Source: an uncultured Anaerolineaceae bacterium
GTDB taxonomy: Bacteria > Chloroflexota > Anaerolineae > Anaerolineales > DRMV01
Assembly: GCA_964386185.1 (NCBI GenBank)
Contig: CAYLRJ010000033.1
Coordinates: forward strand, 100 to 64,099
DNA length: 64,000 nucleotides
Reading direction: 5' to 3'
Shown here: piece after piece, positions 8,527 to 18,273 of the stretch
Layout of the letters: each line of letters begins with the position of its first letter
How positions within the stretch are numbered: the first letter of the stretch is position 1
Translations under genes and position numbers: made by a program
The notes under the pieces: model-generated
The model's database searches: none
What the model saw: only the letters and a program-made list of their open reading frames with translations
Told to the model about the DNA's origin: nothing

Positions 8527-9738
8527 GTGCAAGTCCGTTCCATCACCGTGTTTGCTCATCCTGAAGACTTAGCGGCTGCGGCCAAGGCGGCCGCTGCGAC
8601 GCGTTTGGCGTTGGAGGGGGCCGATTTTCCGGTCCAAACGGTTCGGCTGGCCACGCCGCCTTTTCCGCTGCTGGTGTCGTCTGAAGGCGAAGCCATAGCG
8701 TTGGCCCAGCGGCTGGACGGAGAAGCCGAGGCCTTTGGGCTGGATTACATTTCGTTGGGCCCGGCGCTGCCCGCGCGGCCGTCCACGTATGGTTGGGTGC
8801 CAGCAATGTTGGGCGCGACGAGCAAGGTGTTTTGTGGCGGCGTGATTGCCGACGACGAGGGCGTGCATCCTGCGGCGGTGCGCGCGTGCGGGGAAGTGAT
8901 GGCCGCGCTGGCGCCGTTGGAGCCGCAAGGGTTTGCGAATTTGCGTTTTGCTGCCTTGGCCTCGGTTGGGCCGGGGGCGCCCTTTTTCCCGGCTGCGTAC
9001 GCGCCGCCGCTGTTGCCTCGGGGGCAGGTTTTGGTTGCCTTAGCGCTGGAAGCCGCTGATGAGGCAGTGCAGGCTTTTGCGGCCGCGGAAACCGCGTCGC
9101 AAGCGCGGGAGGCATTGATTGCGCGGCTGGAAGATCTCGGCCGCCGGCTGGCTGCCTTGGCTGAAGGCGCCGCGGCGCTGCACCAGGCCCGTTTCCTGGG
9201 GTTGGATTTCTCGCTGGCGCCGTTTCCTGATGAGGCCACATCGTTGGGGCGGGCCTTGGAACAGTTGGGGGTCGCGGCTCTGGGGCTGCATGGCGCACTG
9301 GCGGCCGCAGCCTTCCTGGCCGACGCCTTGGATCGGGCGGCTTTCCCCCGAACGGGCTTCAATGGGTTGATGTTGCCGGTGTTGGAAGATGCCATTTTGG
9401 CCGCCCGTGCCGCGGAAGGTGTGTTGCACGTCAAAGATTTGTTGGCATATAGCGCGGTTTGCGGCACAGGTTTGGATACCGTGCCTTTGCCGGGGGATAC
9501 CACGGCAGACCAGTTGAGCGCCGTGCTCTTGGATGTGGCTGCTCTGGCGCGGCGTTTGCGCAAGCCGCTTACCGCCCGTTTGATGCCCATCCCGGGGAAG
9601 CAAGCGGGCGACCCCATAACCTTTGACTTCCCTTATTTTGCACCGAGCAGGGTGATGGCTTTGCAGGCGGCCCCTGTTGGGGGAGCGTTGATGGCAGAAA
9701 CCTACGATTTGCGCCCGCGCAACACGATTGAGGGGTGA
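8527..9738 (+). CDS. UPF0210/DUF711 family protein
   Basis: GTG start 7 nt after GGAGG. VQVRSITVF... and the AVCGTGLDTVPLPGDT motif recall UPF0210 proteins. Call rests on memory. Confidence 0.6.
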   Translation: MQVRSITVFAHPEDLAAAAKAAAATRLALEGADFPVQTVRLATPPFPLLVSSEGEAIALAQRLDGEAEAFGLDYISLGPALPARPSTYGWVPAMLGATSKVFCGGVIADDEGVHPAAVRACGEVMAALAPLEPQGFANLRFAALASVGPGAPFFPAAYAPPLLPRGQVLVALALEAADEAVQAFAAAETASQAREALIARLEDLGRRLAALAEGAAALHQARFLGLDFSLAPFPDEATSLGRALEQLGVAALGLHGALAAAAFLADALDRAAFPRTGFNGLMLPVLEDAILAARAAEGVLHVKDLLAYSAVCGTGLDTVPLPGDTTADQLSAVLLDVAALARRLRKPLTARLMPIPGKQAGDPITFDFPYFAPSRVMALQAAPVGGALMAETYDLRPRNTIEG

Positions 9739-10114
9739 GCCGCAGGCGCGCGATGGCTCTGCCGCGATGGGCCCCGTCAATTTGCCCAGCGGGGAAACGG
9801 CCGCGGCGGGATGTGGTTTGGGTGGGGTGAGAGAAGAAGCCCGTTTTGACCTTGCTAACCTTCTTTAAAGAAATTGTGGCTGATGCGTTAATTGCCGCCT
9901 GGCTGGAAAGCGAGGCGGTTTTGTTTATGTTTGAAAATTAGGAAAAAAGTCCTATGGAAGCGGTGCAAATGCGATTTTGTTACAGTTTTAAGGGTAGTAC
10001 TTTGGTACCTATTTTGGTAATTTTAAACTTAATTTCAGGTATAATGAAAGCAATAGCCTTCGCTTTGGTTTTATGTCAAGCGAAGACACTGGGAGAGACT
10101 GGAGAGGAGTGCTC

Positions 10115-10747
10115 ATGATGTTCCGAAGAGCCCTCACGCGCCTATGGCGGAAAAAGCGTTTGCCTTTGGGGCAGAGCTTGGTCGAAGTGGCTCTGTTTTT
10201 CCCCATTTTGTTGATTGTTTTTTCCGGCCTGATTGAGATGGGGTTTTGGCTGGTGGATTACCTGGCCGTCGTGGATGCGGCGCGGAATGCGGCTCGTTTT
10301 GCCAGCGACAACTATTATTACATCCGCGATTCCAATACCGACTGCACGACCACGCACGATTTTTATCGGCAGGCGGCGTGTGATGTTTTAACCGAGTTGA
10401 AGCAAGAGCGCCCGAAAATCGTGTTGGATACGGCCAGCGACGATATTGTGGTATCGGCGGTGTCGGTTTTGCAGAATTACGGGGTTGTGGCGCGTTTTCC
10501 GCCGCCGAATGGGTGGTGGTCTTATTACGGCCATTTTGGTTCCCAGGTCAGCAATGCAGAAATCAACAGCCGTTTGGATTTGAGCGCGCCGAGCACGGGG
10601 TTGGTGGTGGTAGAGGTGTTTTATCACTACCACCAGCGGTTGAAACTGCCGTGGATTCAAGCTTTTATTCCTGACCCGATTTTGATTCATGCCGTTGCCA
10701 TTATGCCGTTAGTTTCGGCTGAGCCAACGCCTACTCCTTCTCCGTGA
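10115..10747 (+). CDS. TadE-like pseudopilin
   Basis: SD GGAGAGGAG before the ATG. N-terminus ...LPLGQSLVEVALFFPILLIVFSGLIEMG has a G/xxxxE prepilin-type motif plus a hydrophobic helix. Ends in AEPTPTPSP. Confidence 0.75.
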   Translation: MMFRRALTRLWRKKRLPLGQSLVEVALFFPILLIVFSGLIEMGFWLVDYLAVVDAARNAARFASDNYYYIRDSNTDCTTTHDFYRQAACDVLTELKQERPKIVLDTASDDIVVSAVSVLQNYGVVARFPPPNGWWSYYGHFGSQVSNAEINSRLDLSAPSTGLVVVEVFYHYHQRLKLPWIQAFIPDPILIHAVAIMPLVSAEPTPTPSP

Positions 10748-10754
10748 GGTTATC

Positions 10755-12263
10755 ATGATGGAAAGACAGCGAAACCACGGACAAATGCTCATTATATTGG
10801 CGGCGGCCTTGGTAGGGCTGTTGGCCTTTACGGGCTTGGCCGTTGATTTAGGGCGTTACTTTGTCGCCGAGGGTCGTTTGCGCCAGGCTGCTGATGCGGC
10901 GGCGCTGGCGGCTTCAGCCCAATTCCGTGAAAACCGCGACATCTCTGCCATGCGGGCTGCCGCGCGGTCCTTTATCGAGGCGAATGGCTTTACCCCCACC
11001 CTTTTGGAAGTCAACACTTGCGACACCAAGCCGGGTGACCCTTATTTGTGCGTGCCGCCTCGGCGCAAAAAGGTCGAGGTGATCGTTGAGGCTGATCTCC
11101 CTACCGCGTTTTTGCAAATTGTCGGCATTAATACCATTCATCTGAAGGCCGAGGCGGTGAGCGAGGCCGCGTCTATGGACGTGGTGTTGGTGATTGACAC
11201 GTCAGAATCCATGACCTACGACGCACCGCCCGGTGACCCCATGCGGGATCCTTCGCATTGCAACCCCCTGCACCAGTGTCACCCCTTCGAAGAGGTGCGT
11301 AGCGCGGCCTTGAACTTTGTTTCGCGCATCTTGAATTTGCCCCCCGCAAAAGAGCAAGACCGCGTGGCCATCGTGACCTTTGCAGATGGGTGGCGGCGTG
11401 GCGATACCGCCCCGCGTTTCCCGCCGGGCACGCCTTCTACAGCGCCCATTTCAATGGCGTGGACCTACGATTATGGGACGGCGGCCAATATCGTGAACAA
11501 TATGACCGTGTATGACCCGGGCTGGGAATGCCCAGAAGATTTGGCCGATTCCGATGCGCCTGGCCCTTGCCGCCGTTACGACCCCGGCAGCCATACCTAT
11601 TTGGGCTTGGATTGTCCCCTGCTGCGCAATCCTGATTATGAAGACCCCTCAACGTGCACCACAACGGCCATCGGCGGCGGCTTGTATTGGGCTGGGCAAC
11701 TGTTGAGCACCTCGGGCCGCGACGATGCGCTGTGGGTGGTCATTTTGTTGACCGATGGCGCGGCCAATTCCACCCTGCCCTCGAGCAACGACGTTCTCGA
11801 CACCCCGGCGCATATTCGGGCCTCGCTTCCGGTGGGGTATTGCCCGCCTTCGACTTTCCATTCGCCGTTTTGCCGAGATCACAACCCTGATTCGCGCCAT
11901 CCCAGCACCAGCTCATTGTATGACGCCGACGATTATGCCCGCGACATGGCCGACTATGTGGCTTGTTCGGCCACCAACCCCGCGCCGGGGTGTGCCGTGG
12001 GCGGGCAGAGCGCGGCAATTTTTGCAATCGGCTTAGGCCAGCAGGTGCTCAACACCTATGGCGCTTCCAAACCTCACGGCGGGGCATTGCTGCGTTACGT
12101 TGCTGCCGTGGGTGACGATGGTGACCCTTCGACCGACCCCTGTGATGGCATCACCGACTACACCCAATGGTGCGGCAATTACTACTTCTCGCCGACAGGG
12201 TCGGGGCTGAATACAGTTTTTGAAGATATTGCCTCTCGTCTGTTTACTCGGCTAACGCATTAG
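10755..12263 (+). CDS. TadG-like pseudopilin with von Willebrand factor A domain
   Basis: N-terminus HGQMLIILAAALVGLLAFTGLAVDLGRYF. vWA MIDAS motif VVLVIDTSESM. Starts 8 nt after the previous stop. Confidence 0.75.
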   Translation: MMERQRNHGQMLIILAAALVGLLAFTGLAVDLGRYFVAEGRLRQAADAAALAASAQFRENRDISAMRAAARSFIEANGFTPTLLEVNTCDTKPGDPYLCVPPRRKKVEVIVEADLPTAFLQIVGINTIHLKAEAVSEAASMDVVLVIDTSESMTYDAPPGDPMRDPSHCNPLHQCHPFEEVRSAALNFVSRILNLPPAKEQDRVAIVTFADGWRRGDTAPRFPPGTPSTAPISMAWTYDYGTAANIVNNMTVYDPGWECPEDLADSDAPGPCRRYDPGSHTYLGLDCPLLRNPDYEDPSTCTTTAIGGGLYWAGQLLSTSGRDDALWVVILLTDGAANSTLPSSNDVLDTPAHIRASLPVGYCPPSTFHSPFCRDHNPDSRHPSTSSLYDADDYARDMADYVACSATNPAPGCAVGGQSAAIFAIGLGQQVLNTYGASKPHGGALLRYVAAVGDDGDPSTDPCDGITDYTQWCGNYYFSPTGSGLNTVFEDIASRLFTRLTH

Positions 12264-12288
12264 CGGCTTGTGTGAGTGAGGTAGAACG

Positions 12289-14784
12289 ATGAACAGCAAA
12301 ATTTCAAGGCGGCAACATCCATGGTTCCCCAAACGCGGCCAGGGCGCAGTAGAATTCGCTTTATTGCTTCCCGTCGTATTGATGCTGATTTTTGCCATGA
12401 TTGAAACGGCCAGGCTGTTTCAGGCCTATATGGTGGTGGAAAACGCAGCCCGCTATGGCGTGCGATATGCTCAAACTGGGGAATATGACCCTTCGTATTG
12501 CATTGACCTGGACGGCGACGGCACACCCTGCGACGGCGCACACAAAATCGAAGAGGAAGACGCAGCCCGCGTTGCCAGCATCAAAGCCGTGGTGCGGGGC
12601 GTTGCCGTGGGGATTATGCGCGATGATACCGCCGCACCCAACCAACCGGGATATTTCCACGTCACCGTGTGCAGCAGCAGCCCGGGTTTTGTGTATGACC
12701 CCGTGTCGGATACGTGCTCGCCCCACGACGATGCAGGCGACCCCACGTTAGGCCCTACCCGGGTGCTGGTGAGCGTGACCTTCTACCACCCGATGATTTT
12801 GCCCTTCATCTCTTCGATTACCCCTGCGGTGAAGCTCCATGCAGAGCGTACAGGGATTTTGGAACGCTTCCGCGTCTCCAAGGTCATTGGCTTGCCGCCT
12901 GATATTCGGCTGCCAACGCCAACGCCGGTGCCCACCAATACCCAGCCGCCGACGGCTACCGCAACCGAAACCCCGCTCCCGACCGATACCCCCACGCCCA
13001 CAATGACCCCTACCCCCAGCTGTGACAACGTCGACGTGGGTAATTTGCGGGTGCGGAAAGACGACTTAAAGATTCAAGTGATCAATTACAATGCCGATAA
13101 GATTTATTTCACCGGCGCTATCATTGACTGGACCAACGTGGCAGAAGGTGAATATCTGAACTATGCCAAGGCAAGGTGGCATAAATACTACCGAGGTGAC
13201 GCATACAGCGGCCCGGCCTTTACCCAGGCAACTCCGCCCGTGGCGTGGGGCGCAGGGGTCCAAGGCACGTGGATGGCTGACTTCAACAAAGTAAGTTACA
13301 ACGACTTCGCCTTGGGGAGCTATAGCGTCACCTTGAACTTCACCCTCTCGGATGGCACCACGTGTAGCTATACCCGCGATTACCACTATGTGCCCATCCA
13401 CGTTGAAATTGTCTGGCCGCCCGAGGGCTTTGTGGTGGATTCGGATGACGATCGCGCACAAACGCCCTTTGAGGCCGTGGCGTGGGATCCGTTGGTCGGC
13501 CAGAGCAACGGCGATGGCATCCAAAAAGTCCAATTCCGATTGGTTTTCCCCACGGGAGAATCGAAGACCCATACGGAATGGCACGCCCGCTACTGCACTT
13601 TTGGTGGTGATGCTTCCTGCCATGTGATGTGGCGCTCGTGGTGGAACATGCTGAAAGAGCAAAATGGTGTGGCCGTGTTGCAGGCGCGTGCCTACTCGCG
13701 GGAACGGGGCATTTGGTCGCCGTGGGTCGAGCGCACTTTCCTGGTCAACTTCCCGACCCCGACGCCTACCCTGACGCCCACCATCACCCCCACACCAACC
13801 ATCACTCCGACGCCGACCATCACCCCCACGCCGACCATCACCCCCACCCCCAGCAACACACCGACCCCGACCCTCTCGCCGACCCCCACCCCCACGCCAG
13901 ATTGTACGGACATCAGCATCACGTCCATGTATGTCTCGGGGCACAACGTGGTCGCGGTGGTGCGTAACAACAACCCGCAACCCATTGCCCTGACGTTCAC
14001 CAACTTCTCGTGGTCCCTGTTGGACGCTTCCAACAGCGCAGTTTACGTGGATTGGATGGACTTCAACGGTGATCGCATCACCAGCAGCGACGACTACAGC
14101 TCACCGAGCACGGCCAGCAGCCATATTTGGATGGGAAGCAGCGGCGCCACGGCGCAGTGGAAGGCGAATTTCGATGGCGTCTCATCGCCTTATGGCCCGC
14201 TGTCGGTCACGTTGACCTTTGATGGGCGTTGTACTGTGAGCCGCACCATTGACGTCCCAACGCCTACCCCCACCAATACCCCCACTCCCACCGAGACGCC
14301 CACGCCTACGCCCACGCCCGATTGTTCCCTCATCACCATTACCAACTACTACACCGCGGGCCGCGACCTGGACGTCCAGGTCAGGAACGACAACCCCATG
14401 GATATGCCGCTTACCAGCGCAACGCTCTCCTGGCCGAAAAATTACACCAGCCAATACGTGGATTCCTTCCTGTGGAATTGGAGCACATACTACGGCGGCA
14501 ACGACTATAGCTCGCCTACAACGGTGGGCTCGTCGCTGAGTTTCCCCGGTGGCACTACGCGCACTTGGACGGCTCGCTTTGGCTTGAGCCCGCTCTTCGG
14601 CACCTACACCGTGCAACTCACCTTTGGCGGCATCTGTGTGGTCTCGCGAAACATGATCTTTGCTTCGCCGACGCCATCGCCTTATCCTACAAATACCCCA
14701 ACACCGGTACCTACGACGCCTACACCGACGGTGGAACCGACCGAATCACCGACGCCTGTTCCGACCGTGTGTTTGGACTGTTGA
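12289..14784 (+). CDS. TadE-like pseudopilin fused to a large modular extracellular region (three Cys-bracketed ~110-aa modules, one Ig-like module, Pro/Thr linkers)
   Basis: N-terminus [29 protein letters not shown]. Modules begin at C245, C539 and C679 and are separated by (TP)n linkers. Ends in ...PTVCLDC. Confidence 0.75.
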   Translation: MNSKISRRQHPWFPKRGQGAVEFALLLPVVLMLIFAMIETARLFQAYMVVENAARYGVRYAQTGEYDPSYCIDLDGDGTPCDGAHKIEEEDAARVASIKAVVRGVAVGIMRDDTAAPNQPGYFHVTVCSSSPGFVYDPVSDTCSPHDDAGDPTLGPTRVLVSVTFYHPMILPFISSITPAVKLHAERTGILERFRVSKVIGLPPDIRLPTPTPVPTNTQPPTATATETPLPTDTPTPTMTPTPSCDNVDVGNLRVRKDDLKIQVINYNADKIYFTGAIIDWTNVAEGEYLNYAKARWHKYYRGDAYSGPAFTQATPPVAWGAGVQGTWMADFNKVSYNDFALGSYSVTLNFTLSDGTTCSYTRDYHYVPIHVEIVWPPEGFVVDSDDDRAQTPFEAVAWDPLVGQSNGDGIQKVQFRLVFPTGESKTHTEWHARYCTFGGDASCHVMWRSWWNMLKEQNGVAVLQARAYSRERGIWSPWVERTFLVNFPTPTPTLTPTITPTPTITPTPTITPTPTITPTPSNTPTPTLSPTPTPTPDCTDISITSMYVSGHNVVAVVRNNNPQPIALTFTNFSWSLLDASNSAVYVDWMDFNGDRITSSDDYSSPSTASSHIWMGSSGATAQWKANFDGVSSPYGPLSVTLTFDGRCTVSRTIDVPTPTPTNTPTPTETPTPTPTPDCSLITITNYYTAGRDLDVQVRNDNPMDMPLTSATLSWPKNYTSQYVDSFLWNWSTYYGGNDYSSPTTVGSSLSFPGGTTRTWTARFGLSPLFGTYTVQLTFGGICVVSRNMIFASPTPSPYPTNTPTPVPTTPTPTVEPTESPTPVPTVCLDC
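13774..13845 (+). repeat. In-frame 18-bp tandem repeat x4 encoding (TPTITP)4; the last two units are identical
   Basis: acgcccaccatcaccccc / acaccaaccatcactccg / acgccgaccatcaccccc x2, read directly and codon-aligned to the 12289 frame. Confidence 0.9.
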
Positions 14785-14800
14785 GTAGCACCCCTCTCCC

Positions 14801-14850
14801 CCAACGGCCCCGCCAATACTGACGGGGCCGTTGGCGTTTTCCTGTTTTCT
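14801..14850 (+). terminator. Rho-independent terminator of the pseudopilin operon
   Basis: 12-bp stem ccaacggccccg / cggggccgttgg followed by cgttttcctgttttc. Confidence 0.7.
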
Positions 14851-14899
14851 TGCTACAATGGCAGTGGGTAACCGTTTCGTGCGCGAGAGGAGGCGTGGG

Positions 14900-15376
14900 A
14901 TGGAACAGAAAACGAACTCGCAAGACCGGTTTTTTTGGGGAATGTTGTTGGGCTTGGTGCTGTTGGCCCTCCTGGCCGTCGTGATCGCGTGGGCTCGTCG
15001 CAAAGATACCGCGTATCGGACCGACAATTCTCCTTCAGCTACGGTTTACAACTACATCCTGGCTTTGCAACGGAATGATTGGGAGCGGGCCTACCAACTG
15101 CTGAGCGACGAGATGCCATGCAAGCCGTCGCTGATGGATTTCGGCACTGAAATGCAAGACTTTCAACTCTTCTCGACCGTTGACATCGTGGGAGAAACTT
15201 TTGTGGATGACAACCACGCTTGGGTGACCATCTTTTTCCGGCAAGAGGAGGCCCCCTTTAGATTTTCGATGATGGAATATCCCGCGCGGGTGACCCTGGT
15301 GCGGGAGAACGGCCAATGGAAAATCCTTGAGCTACCATCCGAATTAGAGGGCTCGTGGTACTGGCGATGCGACTAA
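14900..15376 (+). CDS. Single-pass membrane protein, hypothetical
   Basis: SD GAGGAGG before the ATG at 14900. One TM (FFWGMLLGLVLLALLAVVIAWA), then a ~120-aa soluble domain. The ORF-track start at 14831 lies inside the terminator. Confidence 0.5.
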   Translation: MEQKTNSQDRFFWGMLLGLVLLALLAVVIAWARRKDTAYRTDNSPSATVYNYILALQRNDWERAYQLLSDEMPCKPSLMDFGTEMQDFQLFSTVDIVGETFVDDNHAWVTIFFRQEEAPFRFSMMEYPARVTLVRENGQWKILELPSELEGSWYWRCD

Positions 15377-15449
15377 GCCCGCGTTACCCCGTTGTGCTCA
15401 CTTGTTAATGGATTGGCCTACTTTCCCCTGGTGCCGTTGGAGGTAAATC

Positions 15450-17318
15450 ATGGCCACTTTGCGGCGGATTTATGTGTATCTGGTGGTGATTGTCACGCTG
15501 GAGATTTGGGTTTGGGATTTGGTAGGGCTGCTCTATCGCGCCCTGCAAAATCGCTTGTGGCGTTCGCCAGAGCAGTTGGCGTTGCCGTTGGCGGGTTTCC
15601 TGATTGCGTTGCCGGTTTTTGTTCTGCACTGGCACTGGGCACAGCGTGATGCAGCAGCCGACCCCGAAGAGCGCGCCTCGGGCGTGCGGGCTGTGGCGCT
15701 GTATGTGCTTTTGGCCCTGACCTGGGGCGTTGTTTTTCATGCGGTGATGGTTTTAGTAGCCCGGGGGTTAGAGGCTGTTTTTGCCATCGAGGCCAATACC
15801 CTTTTCCCCCGGCTGACGTGGGAGCGAGGGCTGGCGCTTTTGCTGCCGCACGGCGTGCTCGGGTGGTATTTCCTGACCATTGTGCGGCGAGATGAACAGC
15901 CCCTCTGCCCGCAAGCGCACTGCCTCGCGCGGCGATGGTATCGGTGGTTGTGGCTTTCGTATAGCCTCGTGTGGGTGTTGCTGGGGGCGCAAAAATTACT
16001 GGAAGTGATTTTCCCGCCAGAGCGTAGCGTGACCTTGGTGGTCACCCCCTTGTTGGTGGAAGCCTTGCAGGGTAGTGTGTTGGTCTTGGGCGGGTTGATT
16101 ATCTGGGGATACTGGGGGCGGCGCTGGTGGCACGAAACGCTACACGACCCGCAAGAGCGTGGGGCGGGGCTTGTGGCGGCGTTCCTGATTGTGTGGGCCT
16201 TGAGCGGGTTGAGTGTGAGTTTGGCCGTGGCGGGGATGGCCCTGAATGGCGTGTTGTTGCACCTCTTGGGCGAAAATGAGCCGTTATATCGGCTCGTGCG
16301 CTTGCTTATAACCGTGGGCTTGCCGTGGATGACGGTTTGGATCGCCGCGCAAAAGGGCTTGGCGCAGTTGATTGCCGCTTGGGATGAGGCGCGACAAGCC
16401 AAAATTCACCGTTTGGTGTTGAGCATTTTGGCGGCGGCAGGGCTGCTTTTGTTGAGCAGCGGCGTGGGCGCGTTGGTGCATTTCGTCTTGACCGTTTTGT
16501 GGGGCGACGTGGTGGTCTCCTATCGGCCGCTGGCCTCTGGGATAACCCTGTTTGTGTTGGGGGGGATGCTGTGGCCGATGCCTTGGCGCGCCTTGCAGCG
16601 AGAGGCGATGGCCGACACAGCAGCGCGCGCGAGCCTGATTCGGCGGGGATATTTGTATGTGATACTCTTTTTTGCCATCCTGGCCGTGATTGGCTTTGCC
16701 ACGATGAGCGCTTACCAGGTTTTGGTCGCCTTTTTGGGCGGCGTCCCCGACGGGCAGCGCTTCCGGTTTGCCTTGGTGATGACCTTGTGGAGCGGAAGCG
16801 TTTTGGCCTATCACGCCCGATGGCTGCGGCTGGACTGGGCGGCGGTCCGCTCGCAATCTCAGCAGCAGACAGCCGATTTTCGGGTGTTGGCTTTGGGGCA
16901 GGAAAGCGCGGCCTGGTTGGCCGACTTAGAGGACCGCATGGCTTTGCCGGTCACCGTGCTTGCGCCCGCGGAAGCGACACCGCCCGAAGCGCGCTTCGAG
17001 GCTGTGGTCTGTTCAGAGACCACGTTGTTGACCCTTCCGCCGGCCTGGCAAGCGTGGCTGGCGGCCTTCGAAGGCGCGCGCTTGATTGTCTTTGGTCATA
17101 CGCCAGGCCATTGGTTCTGGCTTGATGGGCGGCAAACCAAGCCTACCCACCTGCGCGAGGCGCTCGAGGCCCTTTCCCAAGGCAGGCAGCCTCGCTCGGC
17201 CGGCGCACCTGGCCCCCTGTGGACAGCGTTGGCCTATTTGGGCATTTTCAGCCTGATTTCATGGCTTTTTGGGCTCTTGGTCCCGCTCTTGATGGGGCTG
17301 GCTTCCTTTTTCCAGTAG
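15450..17318 (+). CDS. Polytopic membrane protein, hypothetical (repeated Arg-led TM hairpins)
   Basis: 622 aa, SD GGAGGT. At least 12 hydrophobic segments, many introduced by R..Y/W motifs. C-terminal ~130-aa soluble region plus a final TM. Confidence 0.6.
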   Translation: MATLRRIYVYLVVIVTLEIWVWDLVGLLYRALQNRLWRSPEQLALPLAGFLIALPVFVLHWHWAQRDAAADPEERASGVRAVALYVLLALTWGVVFHAVMVLVARGLEAVFAIEANTLFPRLTWERGLALLLPHGVLGWYFLTIVRRDEQPLCPQAHCLARRWYRWLWLSYSLVWVLLGAQKLLEVIFPPERSVTLVVTPLLVEALQGSVLVLGGLIIWGYWGRRWWHETLHDPQERGAGLVAAFLIVWALSGLSVSLAVAGMALNGVLLHLLGENEPLYRLVRLLITVGLPWMTVWIAAQKGLAQLIAAWDEARQAKIHRLVLSILAAAGLLLLSSGVGALVHFVLTVLWGDVVVSYRPLASGITLFVLGGMLWPMPWRALQREAMADTAARASLIRRGYLYVILFFAILAVIGFATMSAYQVLVAFLGGVPDGQRFRFALVMTLWSGSVLAYHARWLRLDWAAVRSQSQQQTADFRVLALGQESAAWLADLEDRMALPVTVLAPAEATPPEARFEAVVCSETTLLTLPPAWQAWLAAFEGARLIVFGHTPGHWFWLDGRQTKPTHLREALEALSQGRQPRSAGAPGPLWTALAYLGIFSLISWLFGLLVPLLMGLASFFQ

Positions 17319-17327
17319 TAGGGCCTT

Positions 17328-18050
17328 ATGCAATGTCGTTGTTACTGGCTGGGTGAAGTGCCTTATCAAAAGGCGTGGGCGCTCCAGCGCGCGGTGGCGG
17401 CGCGGGTTGCCGCGGGCGAGCGCCCGCCGACGTTGTTGTTGCTCTCGCACCCACCCACATTCACCTTTGGCCGCCGAGGCAACCCGGCTCATTTGCTTTG
17501 GGGTGAGGAAGGCGCACGCCGCCGCGGCATTGCAGTGGTGTGGAGCGACCGAGGGGGTGATGTCACCTACCACGGCCCCGGCCAGGTGGTGGGGTATCCC
17601 ATCCTCCCTTTGGGGCAACTGCAGGTCACCCGTGAGGGACGCCTGCGCTTGCCCCAAAGGGATTACGTCGGTTACCTGCGGCGGCTGGAATCTGTCCTTA
17701 TTCGCGTGTTGGCCTATTTTGGAATCCGCGGGTTTCGGATGGAAGGCCTGACAGGCGTTTGGGTGCGCCTGCCCTCGGGGGACCCCGCAAAAATTGCAGC
17801 CATTGGCGTGCGGGTGAACGCCCAGGGCATTTCGCAACATGGTTTTGCCCTCAACGTGGATACTTCGGCGGAGCATTGGTCTGGCATCATTGGTTGTGGT
17901 TTGAGAGGCTACGCCATTGCCAACCTGGCCGATTTCCTGCAGCCGCCGCCCCCAATGCAAGATGTGGTCACGGCCGTGGCCGAAGCCTTTGCCGAAGGCT
18001 TTGGTTGCGCGGGAATGCCGTGTGTCACCGCGCCCGATGGTATAATTTGA
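17328..18050 (+). CDS. lipB: Octanoyltransferase LipB
   Basis: 240 aa. YQKAWALQ...LLLLSHPPTFTFGRRG...GGDVTYHGPGQVVGYPI...KIAAIGVRV are typical of LipB. Confidence 0.9.
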   Translation: MQCRCYWLGEVPYQKAWALQRAVAARVAAGERPPTLLLLSHPPTFTFGRRGNPAHLLWGEEGARRRGIAVVWSDRGGDVTYHGPGQVVGYPILPLGQLQVTREGRLRLPQRDYVGYLRRLESVLIRVLAYFGIRGFRMEGLTGVWVRLPSGDPAKIAAIGVRVNAQGISQHGFALNVDTSAEHWSGIIGCGLRGYAIANLADFLQPPPPMQDVVTAVAEAFAEGFGCAGMPCVTAPDGII

Positions 18051-18066
18051 GGCGCCGAGCGCACGT

Positions 18067-18139
18067 GCCCCAGTAGCTCAGAGGATAGAGCAACTGCCTC
18101 CTAAGCAGTGGGTCGCGGGTTCAAATCCCGCCTGGGGCT
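18067..18139 (+). tRNA. tRNA-Arg (anticodon CCU)
   Basis: Cloverleaf folded by hand: acceptor GCCCCAG/CTGGGGC, anticodon arm ACTGC-CTCCTAA-GCAGT, T arm GCGGG-TTCAAAT-CCCGC. No encoded CCA. Confidence 0.9.
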
Positions 18140-18151
18140 TTAAACGAAAAC

Positions 18152-18173
18152 GGCGGCCTGAGAGCCGCCTTTT

Positions 18174-18174
<1 letters not shown>
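18152..18174. terminator. Bidirectional hairpin terminator between the convergent tRNA genes
   Basis: GGCGGC-ctgaga-GCCGCC followed by TTTTT on the + strand and by GTTTTCGTTT on the - strand. Confidence 0.6.
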
Positions 18175-18262
<88 letters not shown>

Positions 18263-18273
18263 ACGCAGGCCTA

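Noticed and set aside
8543-9780. Several 240-290-aa minus-strand ORFs overlapping the DUF711 gene
   Set aside because: They are Pro/Arg/Ala-rich with no motifs, no SD or promoter, and lie fully inside a better-supported + strand gene.
9831-10114. Search for a small Flp-type pilin gene in the AT-rich region upstream of the pseudopilin operon. Candidates: TTG 9846 (MTLLTFFKEIVADALIAAWLESEAVLFMFEN), ATG 9954 (22 aa), ATG 10043 (MKAIAFALVLCQAKTLGETGEECS)
   Set aside because: None has the Flp G/xxxxEY processing motif followed by a hydrophobic helix, and none has an SD. The region is better explained as the promoter and leader.
13066-13980. 304-aa minus-strand ORF inside the 831-aa pseudopilin gene
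   Set aside because: Its translation is dominated by GGR/GDG runs, which are simply the complement of the PT linkers. There are no start signals.
12900-14770. Repetitive ACNCCN tracts that might be mistaken for a CRISPR-like or intergenic repeat array
   Set aside because: They are in frame inside one long ORF and encode Pro/Thr linkers. There are no spacers of constant length and no cas genes.
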